Shown piece after piece: positions 55,637-64,000 of a stretch of DNA of 64,000 nucleotides (positions within the stretch are counted from its first letter, which is position 1; every line of letters starts with the position of its first letter). The notes below the pieces were generated by a model. It did not search any database and was not told where the DNA came from. It was given only the letters and a program-made list of their open reading frames with translations. The position numbers were made by a program, and so were the translations under genes. This DNA comes from Lingula anatina (Eukaryota > Animalia > Brachiopoda), in NCBI GenBank assembly GCA_051362555.1, contig CM120647.1, positions 20,498,651 through 20,562,650 on the forward strand, in the 5' to 3' direction.

Positions 55637-56900
55637 TTTTAATTGGGACATTTTTGAAAGTATTTTTTAAAGACTTTGTCATGCACGACTTCCAACGGTT
55701 CTTTGTTTCTTTCGCTAAGTATCTCTGTAAGCTGAATGATTTCAAAACAGTGGTATTAATACATGGAACACATACAGTAGGATTTTAATTTTTGACAGCG
55801 TCTTAAACAAGACATTACCTATGACAAATATTCCTGCAATTTTTCACCCATCCTTTCTTAATCTTCTTTCCGTTTTCTCATATGTGTGCTTTTCCCTGTC
55901 CATATAATTTATTATTTTCACGTGGTGAAAACTTCACCATTTATTTATTCATTTATATATCTTTGTAGGACATGGTCATGGAGCAGCGGAAGTACATCAG
56001 CTTGTACCGGGAATTACCGATTGCCCTGTCCTCTGATAATGCCACGGAATATGCTCCAACTCTGCGCGACATCGAGCTCGAAACAACGGTCGCCACGGAG
56101 GACCCGCCTGGCCCCCATACCCACATGTAAGTCTCAACCTTCCCCCCCCCCACCCCTGCCAACGGAAGTTATATGTTTAACAGCGTTGGTTTTTGGATGA
56201 GCTATTTGTACATTCTGCACAAAATTTGTCGAATTTTCTGAAATGACAATTACTTAGGAGATAATGGAGGGAAAATAATTTTAACTAAATTTAGATTTCC
56301 TAATTATTTTCAGAGAATTTTAACTGCTTTATTGCTGGGGAGGGGGGGTGCACCCTTGGGGGCCTCTAGTTAAAACATTTTATAATTTTACGTTTTTAAT
56401 GTATATTCATAAGTCGGGAAAGGGTTTAGTGTTAATACCGTTTCAAATTAACACGCGCTCGTTTTTAATAGGTAAAAAACATTGTAACTTTTTTATTGAA
56501 GGGTACGACTGACTGCTGACCACATCAAAATCATGAAAGAAGATGGCCGCGCCGTCACTGTTATGACGTCAACAGACTTTGGGCATTTTCACCAGCTGAG
56601 GGTCAGATACGTTAAACGATGCGACTGCTTCCGCATATCAAAGTAAGTAAAGTGAGCTTTATAAATTACTCACTTAACGTTTTTTTTTCACTGGGAGCGT
56701 AGCCTACGTGTGATCGAATTTTACTCATCTTCTAGTAGAAATAAGTTTAAACTAGTAGTTTGATGCAGCTGTGTTTTGATATTAAATGTCCACAAAAGAG
56801 AATGAACTTATTGAAAAGAACATCAGGGTAAATGTGTTATAGTTAACAATGACGATGTTATAGTTTCTGGTATATCTTCTCGACGACGCCTATAGCCGAG

Positions 56901-56954
<54 letters not shown>

Positions 56955-57028
56955 GTGTTAGGTGTGACAACCAAAGAGGCGGTTGCTGGGACGGACACTC
57001 AGTGGAGCTAATCCCTACGGCAGGCTAA
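48993..57028 (+). CDS. Uncharacterised secreted protein, 732 aa, copy 1; exons 48993-48998, 49195-49516, 51471-51694, 52090-52240, 52624-52939, 53256-53484, 53724-53853, 54064-54219, 54538-54696, 55451-55590, 55969-56126, 56502-56642, 56962-57028
   Basis: All 12 introns are GT-AG with consistent phases (2199 nt). Signal peptide MKNFLSTPLVLVVFLLISG. Motif-like blocks QQLFVEERIRSEG, IHNHANYDRTIGMGEFVAVLNGVEFRTRHNDY, LCYLEGAW, DSDRH, QWNYRILCHP, IPGKDNY, GYYHRW, WTYAIPLEIVYSTPLSSWNPY; C-terminal GPHTH...GHFH...CWDGH. AATAAA at ~57104. Confidence 0.85.
54786..55275. mobile_element. Two adjacent palindromic MITE-like elements in intron 9; same family as 61209-61424
   Basis: Termini TTCCACAGATATTTAGATCGATCTA / GTCGATCTAAATCTGTGGAA; internal inverted arms GCTTAAATGTCTGTCACGCCT / AGGCGTGACAGACAATTAAGC. 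Confidence 0.6.
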
Positions 57029-57434
57029 TAAATGCGCATGCGTACAGACACCGGCTAGTTCCTGAAGGTTGTCAGACAATCTGCAACATAGAAACAGTTC
57101 ATGAATAAATCAGACATCAATTGTATATCTCACAGTTTTATTTGTAATAGAAGATCATGTGATGATTTTATTTTATTTTTCTATTCATCTTTTATGGGGG
57201 TAGATTGGAAAGGGAGTTGGCAAGAACAAGTGTGGGATGGTGTTTTATTTGTAGTTTAATTAAGATTTTGTTGCATCCATTGTCAGTCATTGCACGTTAG
57301 TCAACCGGTTTGAGTAAATCCAGCTCTTACAAACTGTTTTTACTGTTGTTTATATAATGTGGTGCTCAAAAGAAGGCTTTGAAACCCTTTGAATAAAACA
57401 TGTTGCTATGGTTTCCCGCTCGGCTTTATTTAAT

Positions 57435-57527
57435 AGATAGACCCCGAGTCAGCGAGGGTTATGTGGCATACACGAGTGCGTAACACGTGTGGATGTCACA
57501 TAACCCTCGCTGACGAGGGGTCTATCT
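57435..57527. mobile_element. 93-bp near-perfect palindromic MITE with ATAG-type termini; left arm and flank tandemly re-duplicated at ~57570-57698
   Basis: AGATAGACCCC-GAGTCAGCGAGGGTTATGTGGCAT...ATGTCACATAACCCTCGCTGAC-GAGGGGTCTATCT. A 206-bp-period duplication begins at GCTCAAAAGAAGG (57364 and 57570). Confidence 0.65.
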
Positions 57528-58049
57528 TATTTAGACCACTGGTCCATGAACGGGCTGTAACGCATTCATGCTCAAAAGAAGGCTTTGAAACCCTTTGAAT
57601 AAAACATGTTGCTATGGTTTCCCGCTCGGCTTTAAGTAATAGATAGACCCCGAGTCAGCGAGGGTTATGTGGCATACACGAGTGCGTAGCACGTGTGGTT
57701 ATAATTAGCACGTTACACCACGTCTGAGTCTTTTGTTCTTCACTTCCACCGTGGTCTAAAAGAGGGCCCCATTGGGTATTTTTGCTACCCGTGAAAGCCA
57801 CTTTTTATTTCCCAAGATGAGTGAAACGTTCATATTTTTTATCTTGACCCAAGATGCACCCCCTCCTGTGACTCGTAAATGCGACTTTACTTAACCTCGT
57901 CCTTCAGCAAAGAAAATTATACCCGGTGATTTGTGATTTACAACTCGCCGGACTGACATCTTCTATGAGATATGAATAAATTTTTATTTCCTGTGATTTG
58001 TGATTTGATGATTTTATTTAAATGTGGCATACACGAGTGCGTAGCGTTG

Positions 58050-61047
58050 TCCACTATCAAATTAAGTCTGTTTCTCAGATTTTTGTTACCCACATAATAT
58101 TTTTGTGGTGAGTGACTACGAAGTGTTCTTGGGCATTTTGAGAAAATCTAAGATGGCCGCCACATGTCATAGGAATACAAAGGGTTGGAACTAATGTCAG
58201 CTAGGAAAAACATAATTCACTATCAAATTCAGTTTATTTTTTCAGTGTTTTACACATTATTATTACACTGTGATACATATCTAGCAGATAATAAATGTGC
58301 ATATTTGATCATTTTGAGAAAATCCAAGATGGCCGTCAGTGGCCATAGGAATACTCCTGGAATTACAACTGCACATCCATGGCTTTTCATCTACTACCAG
58401 GATGAAATTGTGTTTGCTTATCAAGTTTTTCCCATCCTTATCAGTCCTATGATATATATATATATATATGGTGGGTAAATAGTGTGCATCCTTGGATATT
58501 CTGAGAAAATCCAAGATAGGTGCAATTTGACATAGGAATACTAATGGGTGGGTTTCAATTGCTGCTAGAGAGGCATATGGTTCATTATACAAATACATTA
58601 CCATGGGTTTGTTTTAAAATTAATTTATGTTTTTCATTCCTCTTATTATTACCCTTATGATGTTTACCTGGTCTGTAGGATGTGTGTATCTTTGGGCATT
58701 CTGAAAAAAATTTAATATGTCTGCCTTTTGTCTTTAGAATATTTGTACACATAATCAAATAATGCCAGAGATACACTGAGTACAATTTAAATGTAGTTAA
58801 CTTTAGATCGTTTTTAAATGTTTTTCATATCCTATTTATCCTTATGAAAGACTCTGTGTGTGTAGAAAGCGTATGTATCCTTGAGTACTATTTGGAGAAA
58901 ACCCAAGATAGCTGCCAGTTGTCAAACGAATATATCATTCAAATGCACACGGATGTCAATGAATGGAACAGTTCAGACATTGATTCCAACATGAAATAAA
59001 GCCATTTGATGTTGAAACATGTTGGCATCCTTATTAACCTTACTCTATATGAATCTGGTGTGTAGCAAGTGTGCATCTTGCGTATTTGAGAAAATTCAAA
59101 ATTGCTGCAATTCACAATAGGAATAGTGCAGTCAACTACTGCCAGAGAGACTTGGGTTCAATATAAAATGAATTTTGTTTCTCGGTATTTCCCACATTCT
59201 TTTTGGACTTTGAGATATCTATCTGGTAGGTGACAAGTGTGTACCCTTAAGTATTTTGACAAAACATCATGATTACCCTCATTTGCCTTAGAAGTGCCTA
59301 AAAAAATCCAATGCACCAGTTTTCCTATGGGGAAAAGAAGGCCATCTTGGATTCCCCCAAAATGATCAAATATGGACATTAATGACCTAACAGATATGTA
59401 CCATGGGATAATGATAATAAGAAGAAAAAAAAAGAAAAACAATTGAATTTAGCTTCATTTGATATGGAAGCCTATCTCTTGCGAGAATTAACTGAACCCC
59501 ACCTTCTATGGCTAATGGCAGCCATTTTGTTTTGTTTTGTTTTCATAACATTCTCTTCACATATATATTATGTGGATTAAACAGATGTGGAAAATACTCA
59601 GAAACAAACCTAATTTATCAATTAATATTACAGACTTGACATTTAATATGGAATATTTCAGTTTTAAAGGTATACCTAGGTAAAAATGCGTTCTTTTTTC
59701 AAAAAACTCAGATCTCACATAAGATATCTGACTGGAGAAGTATGAAGTCAGGTGTGTCGCTACCAATTAACTGACTATCAAGTCTGTTGCACTGCTGCAT
59801 TGTGTAATATGCAGTGATTTAATTGGCTAGTGCTCCTCTGGGCTGGTCAAAGCTTGCCTTTGATGAAGCATGGTTCTGTCAAAAAAGTATCTATATGTCG
59901 GCAACTACTGAATCGAAGAATTTGAAATTTGGCATGCAAGCGGTCTGTTTTGCAGTGCGTAAAATGAGTTAAGCAGTGTTTTATAAAATTGATAAGCTGT
60001 GCCAGAATGGCTAGAAAAATACAGATATTTCAAGACAGATTATTGTGTCAAACGGAATGCTCTGTACAGTTTTATAGAGTTATGCCCAGACTGATGCACC
60101 TACACAGAGACCACGCCCAATGTATCGACATCTTACCACCAGGGAACAGGCCTCACTGTCCTTCACGATATGCTGCTGCAATTGAACCAAACCACCAAGT
60201 CCGTTTTGAATGAGGGGCAAATTGTCACCAAAACGTATTTTTCAAGGCTCTTAGCGAACACCAAAATGGTTTCAGCAGGTTAGGATATCAGGCGACCTCT
60301 GAGGAAGCCATTGTAAACAGCAAATTCAAAATGAACTGATGTCACAATAACATCGAACAGATTATCAAAAGTTTTTAAAACACGATTTTAATACTTATTT
60401 TCATGTATCAGTAGTCAGCAAAATAGGAAAAAACTGATTCATTATAATTTGGAGAAAATATTCCATATTAAATGTCAAGTCTGTATATCTCCATGGCAGA
60501 AGAAGCCCTATGTGTACACTAGTATTCCTTTGATATGGCGACCATCTTGGATTTTTCTCGAAATGCCTGAGAATAAAGGTTAGTTACTCACTACAAATAT
60601 ATTATTTGTGAAATAAGGCACTCAGAAACAAAATTAATTAGATAGTGGGCAAAGCATCTTCATAGTTGGCATAAGTTGAAAACCCTTAACTGTACATGCA
60701 TGTTCTGGTATTCCTATTCAAACGGTGGCCATCTTGGCTTTTTCAGAAAGTCCAAGGACACTCGTTTGTTATCAGACATATATGCATAATTTGGGTAATA
60801 AGGATGTGGAAAACATTGAGCAAATACTTTATTTGATAAAAATCAACATAGGTATGTATATTTTTTTCTACAGAATTTCACAAATTGGCGGCCATTTTGG
60901 ATTTTTTGGCCAAACGGTAAATTTTTTCCGTGGGCTACGGCTCTAATTTGATTTAGTATGTCAAAAGGTACCCACATGCAAAATTTGGTGCTTTTATCCA
61001 CCGTGTCACGATTTGCCAATTTTTTTTTTCCCTTAGCTACCAGACTA
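58050..61047. mobile_element. Old degenerate DNA-transposon remnant with long imperfect inverted subterminal arrays (possibly Academ-type, ends ...CTA)
   Basis: Repeated AAAATCCAAGATGGCCGCC-like motifs on + (58140-58920) and their reverse complements GGCGGCCAT(C/T)TTGG (60535-60905); terminal-like AAATTTGGTGCTTTTATCCACCGTGTCACGATTT...CTTAGCTACCAGACTA. No intact ORF. Confidence 0.45.
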
Positions 61048-61208
61048 TATTGACAAGGTGCCCATATGCTGATGAACTGGCGAGTGTCCAGTGGCCTCCA
61101 AAACTAAAGGTGTTGGCAGCCCATCATGCCACGTGGACTCTTTCCCTCTCTCTCTCTTGGTTTGTTAAATGTACATAATCGAAAGGGAAATAAACCATTT
61201 TTGGGTGC

Positions 61209-61424
61209 TTTCCCAGAGATTTAGATCGATCTAATGATTAGGATTTGGATCGACCTAACTCCCTGGGGGCTCACGCTAAATTGCAGTCAGCCGAGCGGGC
61301 ACCATAGTTAATTACCCCCTTACAGCTTTTAGTAGGCGGGACAGACGCTTAAGCCGGCCAAGCTGACAGTAATCTAGTGAGACTCCCCACAGGGATAGAT
61401 CGATCTAAAAATCTATGGAAATGG
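61209..61424. mobile_element. Palindromic MITE, inverted copy of the intron-9 family
   Basis: GATTTAGATCGATCTA ... TAGATCGATCTAAAAATCTATGGAAATGG; reverse-complement similarity to 54786-55020. Confidence 0.6.
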
Positions 61425-62134
61425 GGTGTTTGATAACATGTAACATGTATTTAAATGAAGCATTTGTTTTGTCAATTGACCTTGACGCCGTCTATAACAG
61501 TTAATTTGTAGAAAGAATCGCGTGTGATAGGAGAAGTACTCTCTTTTAGGGCACAAACTCAACAGAACATTTTTGTATCATTTCGTGACGTCGATAATGA
61601 CGATTTGGGATGCTAAAAAAGGAGAAAATGTATATATCTTTTTTACTTAACTAACCATTTTATCGTTGACATAAAAAATATTTAAACCAGGCGTGACATG
61701 AGCAAAGTCAATTCCGAGTGAGTCATATGTAGAGAGGCCCACACTTGATGATCTAAATGATTTTCTTTCCAAAACTCCAAAATGATATCAGGCCTATTTG
61801 TTATATTTTAGTTCAAAATAATGGTTCCTCCTTTTGGGACCAGGTTCAGTTAAATGTGAAATAAAAATCGGCATGAAACCGGTTTTCTTGAGCTACTTTA
61901 TTTTTGAATGCTATTTTTAAACTTGACAGTTTCGTCTGTCACTTTTTGTGAAGCCCTTTTGTTTAACGGTACCCTTGTGACAGTGACTCATGAAAATAAA
62001 AAAAAAAGATCAGTACAACAGTTGAAAAGATGAAAACCAAGAGAAAATTTTGATACTCAGTCGATAGAATTTAGAATAGAATAAGTTCACTCATGTATGT
62101 GGGACCTGATATGCGTTTATTTATTTATTTGTTT

Positions 62135-63163
62135 GTTTACAGCTTCCTAACTGAGAGGAAACAAAGTGTGAAGATAGGTAGTGTGAAATCAGACTGGCAA
62201 CGCATTAATGCTGGTGTACCACAAGGCACAAAACTAGGTCCAGTTTTATTTGTCATTATGATTAACGATCTCAGCACCAAATGTGACACATTCAAATATG
62301 TAGATGACACCACAATTCTAAGCTACGGGAATACCAAACTGCAGGACAATCTCCCTGATGCAACAACAGAACTCACTCTCTGGTCCCATGCTAATAAACT
62401 AACAATAAATACTACCAAGACCAAAGAGATAATATTTGATTTCTCCAAAAAAGGACAAAACTACACCCTTACAAGTAGATAATCAAAGGAATGAGAGAGT
62501 GGGGTCTGCTGTCTTCTTAGGGGTTAGGATCAATAGTGATTTGAGCTGGGAAGGTCACATCTGTGATATTTGTAAAAAAGCAAGTAAAAGGCTACACAAT
62601 CTTAAGCTTCTGAAAAGAGCGGGTATTCCAACCAATGAACTTGTAAGCTTTTATACATCAGTAATCAGACCTACATTAGAATATGCATGTCAGGTGTGGC
62701 ACCCAGGTCTTACACAACAACAAATTGATAAAATTGAATCCATTCAGATTAGAGCATGTAATATTATATTCCCAGAGCTGTCCTACGATGGGTCACTTGG
62801 AACATGTAAACTTATCACTCTTGCTTGTAGAAGAGATTAACTATCTAAACCATTATTGCATAACATGTACTCTGAAGGACACAAAATCCATCATTTGCTA
62901 CGAGAGATAAATGAAAGTTCCTACACTTTGCGCTGGGTTTATAAGTACACTGTGCCAAAATTGAGGACTGTACGATCGTCAAAAACTTTTATCCAATGGG
63001 CTTTATCAAATTTTAAGAACTGATTTTTTTATGAATTTTTAATGTGTATCGAATCATTTTAACACTTACAAGTATATTTTCAGATTATGCATCTCACGAC
63101 TATTTGTTTTTATTGTAAAATCCAACTTTTTAAGTTGCGAATAAATACATATTATTATTAATA

Positions 63164-63220
<57 letters not shown>
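62135..63220 (+). mobile_element. 5'-truncated non-LTR retrotransposon (CR1/L2-group LINE), reverse-transcriptase C-terminal half, disabled
   Basis: SFLTERKQSVK...GVPQGTKLGPVLFVIMINDL...KYVDDTT...KTKEI, frameshift near 62450, then LGVRINSDLSW...LEYACQVWHP; stop at 62838-62840; 3' stem-loop CAACTT-TTT-AAGTTG, AATAAA (63140) and an (ATT)n tail. Confidence 0.9.
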
Positions 63221-63221
<1 letters not shown>

Positions 63222-63476
63222 AAATAGAAAACGCATGTGTACAATTCTCTCTCCAAGAATTCCTATTTCTAACTTTTTTTAGATGTGTGCCAAGCTTGTT
63301 CAGCCTTGGTCACGTGCACGGTCACGTGCACCGATTGTGACGACACAGTGATTAATCCGGATTTGTCGAGTCACAGGGATTGGGTAATAGACTGGTTTAA
63401 AAACCGCGACGGAATTCGTGCCCTTTTACATTCGGGACTGACAGCAAGACGTGAAGGAGACAAAAAAGATAAAAAT

Positions 63477-63992
63477 ATGAAGGTAGGCCTAATTGGTACA
63501 AACGAGTGAGTTATATCAGCATTAAAAGTCGCTGGTGTTGGTAAATTCGCAATTTATCTATTTTTTGTTTGCTTCTTTGGTATTGGAATATACTCTCCTT
63601 CTCTTAAAGTTTGGATATCTCTCAGAATAAAAATCAGATTTTGTTTATCAGATCCCTTTTCTTACGTTTTCTTTTTCAGAACTTTAGCACACAATTAGTC
63701 CTAGTAGTATTTCTCCTGATTTCTGGAGATATTTTGGAGGCTCAGGGCGGACGAAAAAACCAGGAACGTCGTCTAAAAAGGCTACTGCGCCTTCAGGCTT
63801 CATCGAGCGTCCCCCTTGCGAACGACGCGCCGGCTGCGGGCTCTGATGGCGATTCCTCGAAGGTGATAGGGCAACTACAGAGCACGGTGGGGACCTTGGG
63901 CAGGCAACTTATCATGCAGCAGCTGTTTGTAGAGGAAAGAATACGGTCTGAGGGGAGCTCGGGGATAAAACAGATCAGACTTCAGACGGACG
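63477..63992 (+). CDS. Uncharacterised secreted protein, copy 2 (tandem duplicate), first two coding exons 63477-63482 and 63680-63992; runs off the window
   Basis: ATGAAG|GT micro-exon and an intact exon 2, NFSTQLVLVVFLLISGDILEAQGGRKNQERR...QQLFVEERIRSEGSSGIKQIRLQTD, with the same phase-1 donor as copy 1. Confidence 0.88.
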
Positions 63993-64000
63993 GTGAGTTT

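Noticed and set aside
59800-60330. Possible transposase remnant in the centre of the 58-61 kb element
   Set aside because: No motif could be read convincingly in any frame; needs tBLASTx against Repbase.

Overview
AT-rich, intron-containing animal genomic DNA, probably a marine invertebrate; the taxon cannot be fixed from the sequence alone. It is not prokaryotic, and I found no CRISPR, rRNA or tRNA. From left to right the window holds: (1) a disabled short-pentraxin gene (1174-3118, +); (2) a head-to-head pair of paralogous 4-exon genes (4059-7777 -, 9718-13457 +) encoding secreted or surface Cys-rich proteins with a somatomedin-B-like motif and a Methuselah/adhesion-GPCR-type ectodomain but no 7TM region; (3) ALDH8A1 (-), divergent from a BAG3-like WW+IPV+BAG co-chaperone (+) that has a heat-shock element; (4) SDHA (-), one intron of which is almost entirely a 5.8-kb non-autonomous Helentron-type element carrying a 146-bp satellite rich in AGGTCA DR1 motifs, with a nested ISL2EU-like THAP transposon; (5) a 13-exon gene for a 732-aa uncharacterised secreted His-motif protein (48993-57028, +) and the first two exons of its tandem duplicate (63477-64000), whose upstream region has been remodelled by a LINE. 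Several MITEs and microsatellites are interspersed. Exon models were built by hand from GT-AG sites and phase continuity. Family names come from motif recognition, not database searches.
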